A DNA stretch of 64,000 bases from Verrucomicrobiota bacterium (GTDB lineage Bacteria; Verrucomicrobiota; Verrucomicrobiia; Limisphaerales; AAA164-E04), in contig CP170459.1 of assembly GCA_047947115.1 (NCBI GenBank), positions 672,001 to 736,000 on the forward strand, written 5' to 3'. The translations under genes were made by a program, and so were the position numbers. Positions 49,302 to 60,610 of the stretch are shown here, piece after piece. The notes below the pieces were generated by a model, which was given only the letters and a program-made list of their open reading frames with translations, had not been told where the DNA came from and did no database searches. The first letter of the stretch is position 1; each line of letters opens with the position of its first letter.

Positions 49302-49592
49302 ATGCCTCAATCAAATACAGCAGACTCAATCACAAAGGAGCTGGTTGTCCAAAACAAAATGGGCATCCACGCCAGACCTGCAGCCATGTTCGTACGCACT
49401 GCCAGCCAGTTCGATGCGGACATTTTTGTGGAGAAGGACGGCGAACGGGTCAATGGGAAAAGCATCATGGGACTCATGATGTTGGCAGCAGGTCCGGGCA
49501 GCAAATTGATCGTGGAGGCCTGCGGCAAGGATGCTGACAAAGCCGTCCAGCAGTTGGAGACCCTGCTGGCCAACAAATTTGACGAGAAATAA
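49302..49592 (+). CDS. ptsH: Phosphocarrier protein HPr
   Basis: NKMGIHARPAA, NGKSIMGLMMLAA. Confidence 0.95.
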   Translation: MPQSNTADSITKELVVQNKMGIHARPAAMFVRTASQFDADIFVEKDGERVNGKSIMGLMMLAAGPGSKLIVEACGKDADKAVQQLETLLANKFDEK

Positions 49593-49641
49593 GACTCCAG
49601 ACTGTGGAGCTTGGGCTAAGCCCCCCCATTCGAATCGCTCA

Positions 49642-50421
49642 TTAAAGGGACTCCGCCACTCGCTCGATCGCAAAGGCTCGCCCTGTGGGAATATCCACTT
49701 TGATCAAAGCCCCACGAAGCATGACATCTTCCTGCGCCACTCCAAACCGTTGGGGTTGATGTGTCAGAAAGCGCTTGATAACCGGATCTATTTCTCGCCC
49801 AAGCACACTCGCCTGCGGTCCGGTAAACCCCGCATCACACAGAAAAGCAGTCCCACCAGGGAAAATCTGTTCATCAGCGGTGGGAACATGAGTGTGAGTC
49901 CCCACCACCATGGACACTCGACCATCCAGGAAACGTCCCATGGCGATCTTTTCAGAAGTCGCCTCTGCATGAAAATCCAACACGATGATTGGGGTCAGTT
50001 CGCGTATTTCTTCGAGAACAGTTTCCACTGCATGAAACGGATTGTCGAGGTCGGGCATGAAGGTACGCCCCTGAAGATTCATGACCGCTACCTTGGGGCC
50101 ATTTTCGTTCTGCCAGATGGTCCACCCTTTTCCCGGCGTTCCCGCAGGGTAATTGAGGGGTCTCACAAAAAACGGCTCCTTCTCCAATAATCCAATCACT
50201 TCACGCTGGTCCCACAAATGGTCGCCTGTCGTAATCACGTGAACCCCTGCCTCATACAACTCTCTGGCGGTGGCAGGCGTAATTCCCGCCCCACCAGCCG
50301 AGTTCTCACCGTTCGCGATCACCATATCCACACCATGCCGCTCAACAATGCGAGGCACACACTCCCGCACCGCTTTTCTTCCCGGTCTCCCTACCACATC
50401 ACCAATAAACAAAATATTCAT
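49642..50421 (-). CDS. TIGR00282/YmdB-family metallophosphoesterase
   Basis: ILFIGDVVGRPGR, NGENSAGG, DFHAEATSEK, GTHTHVPTAD. Confidence 0.93.
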   Translation of the reverse strand: MNILFIGDVVGRPGRKAVRECVPRIVERHGVDMVIANGENSAGGAGITPATARELYEAGVHVITTGDHLWDQREVIGLLEKEPFFVRPLNYPAGTPGKGWTIWQNENGPKVAVMNLQGRTFMPDLDNPFHAVETVLEEIRELTPIIVLDFHAEATSEKIAMGRFLDGRVSMVVGTHTHVPTADEQIFPGGTAFLCDAGFTGPQASVLGREIDPVIKRFLTHQPQRFGVAQEDVMLRGALIKVDIPTGRAFAIERVAESL

Positions 50422-50679
50422 GAAATGCAGACTAGGCCCCACGTTAACCGTTTTGCAAGACCGCTCACCACGCATTCACTCTTACACGCCTCACCAAAAC
50501 ATCCATTAATGATGTGTAATTAGTTTACCTTATTTAATATCTTGCAATTTGTCTGCCTCTATGTATATTGGGGTCGCGTAAGGGTCGGAACAGGATTATG
50601 TCAGATAATACAACGAATAGATTGCACAATTTTCGATCATCTGACACCACCCCCGCCCCGGAAAAGGGAGCCTGAATAT

Positions 50680-51578
50680 ATGCAAATACAGAGTCTGAAA
50701 GTTTTTAGTGATCTGGCGGAAACAGAAAGCTTTACCAAAGCTGCACAAATCAATGGCATCACGCAATCAGCGGTCAGTCAGCAAATTGGATCACTTGAAA
50801 AGCAGTTCGAAACCTTGTTGATTGAACGTAGCAAAAAGAAATTCCGCCTGACGCGTGAAGGAAATGTGCTGTACGGTACAGCAAGCAAATCATCCAAACC
50901 TACGATTCCCTGCTCAATCACCTGCAGGAAATCAAAGATGTCGTGTCAGGAACAATTCGTGTCGCAACCATTTATAGCGTGGGCTTGCACGAGCTGCCGC
51001 CCTACATGAAGCGGTTCCTGAAAGAATACCCCACCGTGAATGTGCACGTTGAATACCGCCGCTCCAACCAGGTTTATGATGACGTGCTCAGCAACGTGGT
51101 AGACTTGGGCCTCGTCGCCTACCCTATCAAGGATTCACGCCTGGAAATCATCCCCATCCGAAACGACCGTCTGGTCCTGATCTGCCATCCCGACCACGCA
51201 TGTGCCCAGTCAGATACAATTCAATTATCCAGTCTGGAAGGTTTGAATTTCATTGGATTCGAACCTGACATCCCCACTCGAAAGGGAATTGACAGAATCC
51301 TGAAAACATTCGGAGTACAGGTCAATGTTGCGATGGAATTCGACAATATCGAAACCGTCAAGCGAGCGGTCGAAATCGACGCAGGTATTTCCATCGTACC
51401 TCTGGGAACTGTCACACAGGAAATCAACAAACAAACCCTCACCTGCGTGGAAATTGCCGACGACACCTTTTACCGACCGCTGGCCGTGGTCTACAAGAAG
51501 AGCAAAGTCCTCTCACCTGCCATGAAGGAATTCATGAATATTCTGAAAGAGGATCTGGAAAAGGCATCCAAAAAATGA
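50680..51578 (+). pseudogene. LysR-family regulator with a 1-nt deletion at about 50875
   Basis: HTH SFTKAAQINGITQSAVSQQI in one frame and substrate-binding domain (SGTIRVATIYSVG...EFDNIETVKRAVE) in another. TAC GG TAC AGC AAG needs one base to read Y-x-YSKQIIQTYDSL. Confidence 0.85.
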
Positions 51579-51591
51579 TTGGATCAGAGGC

Positions 51592-52674
51592 ATGCATCAA
51601 GATACATGCCCAGCCAAAGTCAAAGTCGCCGTCATCGGTGCCTCCGGCTATTCAGGTGAAGAGCTCGTCAAATTGCTCCTGCTCCACCCTCAAGTGGACC
51701 TGACCGCGTTGACCTCTCGTCAATACGAAGGCAAATCTCTTGGGGAAGTTTTCCCAAAATTTGCCAATCTGCCCGGCGCCAAAGAACTCAGCTTTATCGC
51801 ACCGGACACGGACAAAATACTCGAACGCGCCGAACTCGCCTTTCTGGCCCTCCCCCATGGAGTGGCTGCGGAATTTGCCACCCCCCTATGTGCGGGCGGA
51901 TGTCTGGTTATTGATTTGAGTGCGGATTTCAGAATCCACGATCCTGTGGTATACAAAGAATTTTATGGTGCCGACCACCCTGCCCCGGAACTCCTCGAGC
52001 AGGCCGTCTACGGACTCCCCGAATGGCGAAGGGATGCCATAAAACAGGCCAAGCTCATCGCCTCGCCCGGATGTTATCCGACCAGCATATTGCTGCCGTG
52101 CCTTCCCTTAATCAAAGAAGATCTCATCCAACCCTCCACCATCATCGCCAACTCACTGAGCGGAGTGAGCGGGGCCGGTAGAAAGGCGGACATCCCCTAC
52201 CTCTATGTCGAATGCAACGAAAGCGTCCGTCCCTACGGTGTGCCCAAGCACCGGCATCTTTCCGAAATCGAACAGGAAATCAGCCTGGCAGCGGGATGCA
52301 AAACAGTGATCCAGTTCACGCCACATCTGATCCCTGTCAATCGAGGTATTCTGACCACTCTCACCATGGCACCATCGGAAAAGGCGATGGCGAACAACCA
52401 TGCTGCTTCCATCATAGAGCAAGTCGATGCATGCCTGAAAAAGGCTTACGAAAACGAACCTTTCGTACGATTGCTCGGAGCCAAAGGACTTCCGGACACC
52501 AAACATGTGGTCGGGACCAACAACATCGAGATCGCCTTTCGATACGACGAACGAACCGGACGGCTCCTTGTGATGAGCGCCGAAGACAATCTGGTCAAAG
52601 GAGCCAGCGGACAGGCAATTCAATCGATGAACATCCTGAGGGGTTTTCCTGAAACCACAGGGCTGATGCTTTAA
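51592..52674 (+). CDS. argC: N-acetyl-gamma-glutamyl-phosphate reductase
   Basis: GASGYSG, LALPHG, IDLSADFR, PGCYPT, SGVSGAGR, DNLVKGASGQA. Confidence 0.97.
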   Translation: MHQDTCPAKVKVAVIGASGYSGEELVKLLLLHPQVDLTALTSRQYEGKSLGEVFPKFANLPGAKELSFIAPDTDKILERAELAFLALPHGVAAEFATPLCAGGCLVIDLSADFRIHDPVVYKEFYGADHPAPELLEQAVYGLPEWRRDAIKQAKLIASPGCYPTSILLPCLPLIKEDLIQPSTIIANSLSGVSGAGRKADIPYLYVECNESVRPYGVPKHRHLSEIEQEISLAAGCKTVIQFTPHLIPVNRGILTTLTMAPSEKAMANNHAASIIEQVDACLKKAYENEPFVRLLGAKGLPDTKHVVGTNNIEIAFRYDERTGRLLVMSAEDNLVKGASGQAIQSMNILRGFPETTGLML

Positions 52675-52709
52675 CCCGTCTCATCCGCCTCCATCCTGAA
52701 CAGCTCTTT

Positions 52710-53495
52710 ATGAACAGACACTCCACACTCCAAATCCGAATCTGGCTGGCCCTGATCATATTGCTTCATCTGACAGCAATCAGTCAGGAGACAGCGACAA
52801 AAGACACCCCCAACGAACCGCTTGTAGCGACCTTTTCCATCGTGGGATTTGACCCTGAAACCGGTGATCTGGGAGTGGCGGTCCAGAGCAAATTCTTTGG
52901 GGTGGGAACCGTCGTCCCCTGGGCAAAGGCGGATGTGGGCGCGGTCGCCACCCAAAGCTATGCCAACATCACCTACGGCTCCGAAGGCATCGCCCTCCTG
53001 GAAAAAGGTTTCACCCCAAAAGAAGCCATCGAACACTTGACCAGTCATGACGAAGGCAGCGCACTCCGGCAAGCGGGCATCGTGGACGCACACGGGCGGG
53101 CCACATCCTTCACCGGAGCCAAATGCAACGATTGGGCTGGGCACGTGGTGGGAGAGCATTTTGCCGCACAAGGCAATCTGCTGGCCGGTCAATCCGTGGT
53201 GGAAGACATGGCTTCAGCCTACCGGAAAGCTGCTGACCAACCGGGATCGGAACTGGCCGACTGGCTGATGGCTGCCATGAAGGCCGGACAGGAAGCGGGA
53301 GGAGACAAACGTGGCCGCCAATCCGCAGCGTTACTCGTCGTCCGAAAGGACAGTGGCTATGACCGGAAAAACGACCGTTACATCGACTTAAGGGTGGAGG
53401 ATCACAAAACACCCATCATCGAACTCCAGCGACTTCTCGACATTCACAAACAATTCTACCGCCGGGCACACGCCAACAAACCAAAGCGAAACTGA
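52710..53495 (+). CDS. DUF1028 (Ntn-hydrolase-like) exported protein
   Basis: TFSIVGFDPETGDLGVAVQSKF, GAVATQS, QGNLL, GGDKRGRQSAAL, DLRVEDH. Confidence 0.9.
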   Translation: MNRHSTLQIRIWLALIILLHLTAISQETATKDTPNEPLVATFSIVGFDPETGDLGVAVQSKFFGVGTVVPWAKADVGAVATQSYANITYGSEGIALLEKGFTPKEAIEHLTSHDEGSALRQAGIVDAHGRATSFTGAKCNDWAGHVVGEHFAAQGNLLAGQSVVEDMASAYRKAADQPGSELADWLMAAMKAGQEAGGDKRGRQSAALLVVRKDSGYDRKNDRYIDLRVEDHKTPIIELQRLLDIHKQFYRRAHANKPKRN

Positions 53496-53534
53496 CCGGC
53501 ACTGCTAAAACCCGTTGCCCAGTCATGCCTCCAC

Positions 53535-53840
53535 ATGAACGTTCCATCTTGTTTTCAAAGCAACGCATTCGGAACCTTCCTTCACCTGCGCATTCAACCC
53601 AGAGCCAGCCGGGATGACATCGTCGGATTGCACGGAGACGCCCTGAAAGTTCGCATTACGGCCCCACCTGTTGATTCCACCGCCAACGAGGCGTTGATCA
53701 AGTTCCTCGCAAAACAATTGAACCTGCCAAAATCTCGTCTGCAACTCACCAAAGGCCAAACTTCACGCAACAAAACCATTTTCCTGACGAACACCCAAGT
53801 CGACGACCTCCCAAAAGAATTTCTGGAACGCTGCGTTTAG
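53535..53840 (+). CDS. DUF167 (YggU) family protein
   Basis: IQPRASRD, LKVRITAPPVD, ANEALIKFLA, GQTSRNK. Confidence 0.9.
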   Translation: MNVPSCFQSNAFGTFLHLRIQPRASRDDIVGLHGDALKVRITAPPVDSTANEALIKFLAKQLNLPKSRLQLTKGQTSRNKTIFLTNTQVDDLPKEFLERCV

Positions 53841-54097
53841 AATAGTAAATGATAAATGTAAACAGTGAATTGGGTTCAAGGTAGATCGGATCAACCTGTC
53901 CCGCGACTGAGTTGATCTCGAAGCGCACCCCATGGCGCAACAGAACTGAAAAACCTTTCAGTCACCTTCCAAAGATGAGAGGTCTTTGACAACGGTAAGC
54001 TTCCCGAAATGAAAACTGATAGTGAACTGGTTCCCACAAAGGACGCGCCAGGGACGGCACGTTCTACCCGGCCCCACGGTTCCAATTCATCATTCAT
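53840..54097. repeat. Composite palindromic intergenic element, copy 2
   Basis: GAATAGTAAAT...AGTGAATT arm, then AGGTAGATCGGATCAACCTGTCCCGCGACTGAGTTGATCTCGA (from 53879) ... GCGCCAGGGACGGCACGTTCTACC (ending 54068), then AATTCATCATTCATT arm. Confidence 0.7.
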
Positions 54098-54927
54098 TTT
54101 TTTATGGTCACCTCCACCCGATGCAACATGCCGCGCCACATGCGGACATCCAGATCCGATGGACGAGCGCGCGCAAAGAAATCGGAAAAACGTTCCATCA
54201 TACCCGTTTCCTGATCTGCGTGTAAAAACCCGGTCGCTTTAAGAACACTTTCCAGGTGGGACTTCATGCCCTCCAACTCGGAAACGGAAGCAAGGTTCAT
54301 GGAATCCTTTTGAGTGGCGAGATGGGAAGCGCCGGCTGTTGAGTTGCAAAAACGGGACACCTCATAAAGAGTCACCATCACCGCATGAGAAAGGTTCAAC
54401 GAAGAAACTTCTCCAAATGTAGGTATATGAAGCAGCATGGTACACAACGCCAATTCCTCATTGGTCAGACCACTGCTTTCGCGTCCGAACATAAAACCGA
54501 TCTTGCGTGCATCGACCGGGACATGTGATTCCAATTCAGGCAGAGCACACCCACGACACTGACGGGAACGCAATCGGGCGGTTGTACCAAACAGCGCCTG
54601 CAAATCTGCCACGGCATCTTCGGGAGACTCGAACACTTTCGCATCTAAGAGCAACCTTTCCGCATGCGCGGCCCGCTCTCTCGCTTCTGGACACAGCGGA
54701 TCCTTGGGACGCACCAACCTTAGATCGTCAACCCCCATGTTGCCCATGGCACGCGCCACCGCACCGATGTTTCCCGGGTGAGAAGGTTCGACGAGAATGA
54801 CGCTGATATCTTGTGCACGAAGTACGGATCTCATCCCAAGATCCTGCAGGGATTCCGGGGAGCAGACCAGCGTTAAGGTATTTTTCGGCTTGCTTTTTGG
54901 ATCTTTTTGCAGCACTTTTTCACTCAA
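54094..54927 (-). CDS. TrmJ/LasT-type SPOUT RNA methyltransferase
   Basis: LVEPSHPGNIGAVARAMGNMG, FGRESSGLTNEEL, SLNLSHAV. Start uncertain, possibly about 54834. Confidence 0.9.
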   Translation of the reverse strand: MSEKVLQKDPKSKPKNTLTLVCSPESLQDLGMRSVLRAQDISVILVEPSHPGNIGAVARAMGNMGVDDLRLVRPKDPLCPEARERAAHAERLLLDAKVFESPEDAVADLQALFGTTARLRSRQCRGCALPELESHVPVDARKIGFMFGRESSGLTNEELALCTMLLHIPTFGEVSSLNLSHAVMVTLYEVSRFCNSTAGASHLATQKDSMNLASVSELEGMKSHLESVLKATGFLHADQETGMMERFSDFFARARPSDLDVRMWRGMLHRVEVTIKK

Positions 54928-55146
54928 CGCTCGTTATCAGTAGAGAGCTTACTGCTTCCACTCAGCAAAGAATGCTTGGAGACCAGGGGGCAGCGTGAAG
55001 GGACCAGAGAGTCGCTTACACGAATTTTTGTTGAAGCAGAACTGAGCAAACCCGCCAAGGCTTTCCTCATCGTGCATGCATCGATTCAGAGCTCGTCTGT
55101 GATGCGACCCCACACGGGGCCGGGCTGAAAATGTACGCACTCAATT

Positions 55147-56376
<1,230 letters not shown>

Positions 56377-56461
56377 TCACCCTGTCCCATCCACGCCTCC
56401 CGTTGTTTCACTCAAAAATCCCGTTTGATCTTTCAACCATCCAACGGCATAAGTAACCGAC

Positions 56462-57757
56462 ATGCATCATTTCAAATACACGAAAGGACAACTGTTTTGC
56501 GAGGATGTTTCTGTGGACGCACTGGTCCGGGAACATGGCAGCCCACTGTACATCTATTCCAGCCAGACCCTGGTGGATCATCTGTCCAGATTGAACGGAG
56601 CGCTTTCCGATCTCGACCACATGGTCTGCTACGCGGTCAAGGCCAACTCCAACATCGGCATCCTCAGCACGCTGGCCGAACAAGGCAGCGGATTTGACAT
56701 CGTCAGTGAGGGGGAATTGATGCGTGTGTTGGCGGCGGGAGGCAAGGCCGAGCGCTGTGTGTTCGCAGGTGTGGGAAAGTCTGAACACGAAATTGAATTT
56801 GCCCTGCGCAAGGGAATTTATTCCTTCAACGTCGAAAGCATCGCGGAACTGGACCGCATTGACCGCGTTGCTGGGCGTTTGAAAAAGAAGGCCCCCGTCT
56901 CCGTGCGTGTGAACCCGAACGTGGACGCCCAAACTCACGCCAAAATCACCACCGGCACCTACGAAAACAAATTCGGCGTTCCATACGAAGAGATCGGAGA
57001 CCTCTACAAGAAAATTTCCAGCAGGAAAAACCTGAACATCCGGGGCGTGCAGATGCACATCGGTTCACAGTTGACACAGGTCAAACCCTTCGTCGACGCG
57101 GTGCGCAAAATGATCCCACTGGTCAAGCAACTACAATCCCAACATGAGTTGGAAAGTTTCAGCATCGGTGGCGGACTGGGCATCATTTACGAACAGGCCC
57201 TGGCGAGCGGCAGCGCAAAATGGTGGACCGGCAAGGAGGCCAAGGGCATTTTGACTCCGGAAAGTTACGCGGCAAAACTGGTTCCCTTGTTGAAACCCCT
57301 TGGCATTCGCATCTTGTTGGAACCCGGACGATTCATCGCGGGTAATGCCGGAATCCTGGTGACGCAAGTGGAATATGTCAAAGACACCGCAAGCAAACAT
57401 TTTGTCATTGTGGACGCCGCCATGAACGATCTGATACGCCCGGCCTTCTATGAGGCCTATCATGAAATTGTTCCCGTCAAACGCAAAGCAGGCAAACTTA
57501 TCTCAACCGATGTGGTAGGCCCCATTTGTGAATCCGGCGACACGTTCTGTAAAAATCGCCCACTCCCAAAGGTGAAGGAAGGTGACTATCTCGCCATGCT
57601 GAGCGCAGGAGCCTATGCCTTTACCATGGCTTCCAACTACAACACGCGCCCCATGGCCGCAGAAGTGTTGGTCAAGGGTTCCAATCACCAGGTCATCCGT
57701 CAGCGTCAAACGTTGCGTTCTCTTTGGAAAAACGAGCAGTTACCCGATTGGGATTAA
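56462..57757 (+). CDS. lysA: Diaminopimelate decarboxylase
   Basis: YAVKANSN, GFDIVSEGE, HIGSQ, EPGRFI, GPICESGD, SNYNTRP. Confidence 0.96.
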   Translation: MHHFKYTKGQLFCEDVSVDALVREHGSPLYIYSSQTLVDHLSRLNGALSDLDHMVCYAVKANSNIGILSTLAEQGSGFDIVSEGELMRVLAAGGKAERCVFAGVGKSEHEIEFALRKGIYSFNVESIAELDRIDRVAGRLKKKAPVSVRVNPNVDAQTHAKITTGTYENKFGVPYEEIGDLYKKISSRKNLNIRGVQMHIGSQLTQVKPFVDAVRKMIPLVKQLQSQHELESFSIGGGLGIIYEQALASGSAKWWTGKEAKGILTPESYAAKLVPLLKPLGIRILLEPGRFIAGNAGILVTQVEYVKDTASKHFVIVDAAMNDLIRPAFYEAYHEIVPVKRKAGKLISTDVVGPICESGDTFCKNRPLPKVKEGDYLAMLSAGAYAFTMASNYNTRPMAAEVLVKGSNHQVIRQRQTLRSLWKNEQLPDWD

Positions 57758-57805
57758 ATCCAAGCACCGCTTTTTCCAATCCAAAGCGCTGAGTTAGCCC
57801 GCTCC

Positions 57806-59041
57806 GTGGAAACTGAACTCTTTATCACTGATCAAGACGGAGGGCCCATTGAGGCCATTGGCGATCGCTCGCAGTGGCCATTGGGGGAGGGAATGACATT
57901 CCTGAACCATGGATCATTCGGCAGTTGCCCCAAACCTGTCCTTGCTTTTCAACAGGAGCTTCGCGACCGATTGGAACGTCAACCGGTTCGTTTTTTTGTC
58001 CAGGACCTGGAGTCCATGTGGGACGAAGCACGCAATTGCCTGGCGAACTTTCTGAAAGCAGCCCCGGAAGGGTTGACCTTTGTTTCCAACGCAACGCACG
58101 GTGTCAACACTGTCCTGCGATCACTTTCATTTGAAAAAGGGGACGAATTGTTGGTCACCGATCATGAGTATAACGCCTGCCGAAATGCGCTCGATTACGT
58201 GGCCAAACGAACCGGAGCAAAGGTAACCGTTGCCAAGATCCAACTACCGGTCAAACAACCGGAGGACGTTCTGGCAAGTATTCTCGAAAAAGTCTCGCCC
58301 AAAACAAAACTGCTGCTGATCGACCATGTCTCCAGCCCCACCGCCGTGGTGTTTCCGCTTCAATGCATCGTGAACGAAATGCGTTCCAGAGGTATTGAAA
58401 CACTGGTGGATGGCGCTCATGCACCGGGTATGCTGCCACTGAACCTTGAAGATTTGGGAGCGGAATACTACACCGGTAATTGCCATAAATGGCTTTGTGC
58501 CCCCAAAGGCTCGGCCTTTCTATATGTCCGTCCCGACCGCCAGCCATGCATTCGCCCTCTCGCCATCAGCCATGGTGCAAACGCCACACGCACCGACCGA
58601 TCCCCCTTTCATCTGGAGTTCAGCTGGACCGGAACATCCGACCCCACAGCATGCCTGTCGGTTCCCAAAGCGATTGAATGGATGGGACAACAACATCCTA
58701 AGGGATGGTCTGGAGTCATGAATAGAAACAACCGATTAATTTTGCTTGCAAGGAGTTACCTGACCAGCACTTTGAACTGGCATGCCACAGCACCGGCTTC
58801 GATGGTTGGTTCGATGGTGTCATTTCACATGCCGGATGCTGAAACCACGGTGCAACCAAGCTCCCCTCTTTACGCTGATCCCATGCAGGACATCCTATGG
58901 GGTGAACATCGAGTGGAAGTCCCCATTATTCCCTGGCCCGCTCCTCCCAAAAGACTGATGCGGATATCTGCCCAGTTGTATAATGCCATGGAGGACTACT
59001 CCAAATTGAGTGAAACATTGAAAATTGTTTTATCATCCTGA
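57806..59041 (+). CDS. Class V PLP-dependent enzyme (isopenicillin N epimerase / C-S lyase-like)
   Basis: FLNHGSFGSCP, NATHGVN, VDGAHAPG, GNCHKWLCAPKG, RISAQLYN. Confidence 0.88.
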   Translation: METELFITDQDGGPIEAIGDRSQWPLGEGMTFLNHGSFGSCPKPVLAFQQELRDRLERQPVRFFVQDLESMWDEARNCLANFLKAAPEGLTFVSNATHGVNTVLRSLSFEKGDELLVTDHEYNACRNALDYVAKRTGAKVTVAKIQLPVKQPEDVLASILEKVSPKTKLLLIDHVSSPTAVVFPLQCIVNEMRSRGIETLVDGAHAPGMLPLNLEDLGAEYYTGNCHKWLCAPKGSAFLYVRPDRQPCIRPLAISHGANATRTDRSPFHLEFSWTGTSDPTACLSVPKAIEWMGQQHPKGWSGVMNRNNRLILLARSYLTSTLNWHATAPASMVGSMVSFHMPDAETTVQPSSPLYADPMQDILWGEHRVEVPIIPWPAPPKRLMRISAQLYNAMEDYSKLSETLKIVLSS

Positions 59042-59198
59042 GTGCGTTCCCTGTGAAAATATCCTGATGCAGAGCACAAAAAGATTGATAAATCCAAAGA
59101 ATTAAAGACAATGCGGGCCTCAAGGGAGTCGTATCGGGTTTGTAGAACCGGTTCGCTAGAACCCCGTAATCACACTAAAACAAACAAACAACAGATAT

Positions 59199-59495
59199 AT
59201 GGCAAAACCATTGACCAAGTCACAGCTCGCGACAACCATCGCCGAAAAATCAGGTGTGACCAAGAAAACCGCAACCGAAATCCTGGACCTTTTGGCACAG
59301 CTTGCATACAAGGGCGCCAAAGATGGATTCACTGTCCCTGGAATCGGAAAACTCGTTCTGGTCGCACGCAAGGCTCGTACCGGTCGTAATCCTCAGACAG
59401 GGGAAGCTATCAAAATCCCTGCCAAGAAAGTCGTAAAATTCCGCGTGGCGAAAGCCTGCAAAGACGCCGTAATCCCCGCCAAGAAGAAGAAATAA
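59199..59495 (+). CDS. hup: HU-family DNA-binding protein
   Basis: TKSQL, PGIGK, RKARTGRNPQTGEAIKIPAK. Confidence 0.93.
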   Translation: MAKPLTKSQLATTIAEKSGVTKKTATEILDLLAQLAYKGAKDGFTVPGIGKLVLVARKARTGRNPQTGEAIKIPAKKVVKFRVAKACKDAVIPAKKKK

Positions 59496-59526
59496 TCATT
59501 CTTCTCACAGCGAGACCTTTTAATTC

Positions 59527-59560
59527 AAAGGGCGCTTCGAATCATCGAGGCGCCTTTTTT
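59527..59560 (+). terminator. Intrinsic terminator after hup
   Basis: GGCGCTTCGA-ATCA-TCGAGGCGCC followed by a T run. Confidence 0.8.
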
Positions 59561-59597
59561 CTTTTTGTGGCACATCGTTCATGCCACAACCTTGGAT

Positions 59598-60587
59598 ATG
59601 AAAATTGGAGTTGTCGGCTGCGGAGCTCTGGGAAGTTATTATGGAGGCCTGCTGTGCAGGAACGGCCACGATGTGCATTTTCTCCTTCGATCCGATTATC
59701 AACACGTAACAACCCACGGCGTCTCCGTTGAAAGCACAAAGGGAAATTTCACCTTCACCCCTCACGCACACCAACACGCATCAGAGATCGGCCCATGCAA
59801 CTTGGTGATCATCGGACTGAAAACAACCGCGAACCATCTGTTTCCTACTCTCCTTCCCCCTCTGATCGGTGCAGACACCATCGTGCTGACCCTCCAAAAC
59901 GGACTCGGAAATGAAGAGGCACTCACTCAATGCGTCCACCCTGACCAAATCCTGGGAGGCCTTTGTTTCGTTTGCCTGAACCGTATACGCCCCGGCCTCA
60001 TCCGGCATATGGATCATGGACTGATTGTGATGGGAGAATGGACCGGACCCGCCAGGCAGAAAACCTTGGATCTGGTCGATGTTTTTAACCAAGCCGGTAT
60101 CCCCTGCAAATCCACCGACCACCTCATGCAAGCTCATTGGGAAAAATTGATGTGGAACATACCCTTTAATGGCCTGGGTGTGGCGGGACTTTTGGGTCAT
60201 GGCGGTTTCGAATCAGATATACCTTTATTGGAAACCATACCATCCGAACAATGCCTGGATGCCAACGCCCTGCTCGACGATCCCGTATGGGAAACTCGCG
60301 TTCGGTGCCTGATGAAAGAAGTGCGCACCGCCGCCGGAAAGTTGGGGCATCCAATAGACGAAGGATTCGCAGACCAGCTTGTCGCCCGCACACGTACCAT
60401 GGGACCTTACAAAGCTTCCACATTGATCGATTATGAAAGAGGTTACCCCTTGGAGATGGACAGCCTGTTTCGCGAACCGCTTCGACAAGCGAAAGCAGCC
60501 GCCCTTCCAACTCCACTTCTCGAACGACTGGTCATGATTCTGGAAGAATTACAGAGGCGTCAGGACAAACGCGACTTGTCAACTTGA
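59598..60587 (+). CDS. panE: 2-dehydropantoate 2-reductase family protein
   Basis: GVVGCGALGSYYG, TLQNGLG, WEKLMWNIPFN, STLID...E. Confidence 0.85.
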   Translation: MKIGVVGCGALGSYYGGLLCRNGHDVHFLLRSDYQHVTTHGVSVESTKGNFTFTPHAHQHASEIGPCNLVIIGLKTTANHLFPTLLPPLIGADTIVLTLQNGLGNEEALTQCVHPDQILGGLCFVCLNRIRPGLIRHMDHGLIVMGEWTGPARQKTLDLVDVFNQAGIPCKSTDHLMQAHWEKLMWNIPFNGLGVAGLLGHGGFESDIPLLETIPSEQCLDANALLDDPVWETRVRCLMKEVRTAAGKLGHPIDEGFADQLVARTRTMGPYKASTLIDYERGYPLEMDSLFREPLRQAKAAALPTPLLERLVMILEELQRRQDKRDLST

Positions 60588-60610
60588 GCACCAATCCGTA
60601 TCACATCCCC

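Noticed and set aside
53870..54000. 6S RNA or riboswitch suggested by hairpins and GGGTTCAAGG
   Set aside because: The region is explained by the repeat family shared with 3971-4167.
54930..55146. Possible structured RNA leader upstream of the DEAD-box helicase
   Set aside because: Only short complementary patches (TGCTTC/GAAGCA, CCCC/GGGG) were found. No recognisable riboswitch or ncRNA could be supported without a covariance search.
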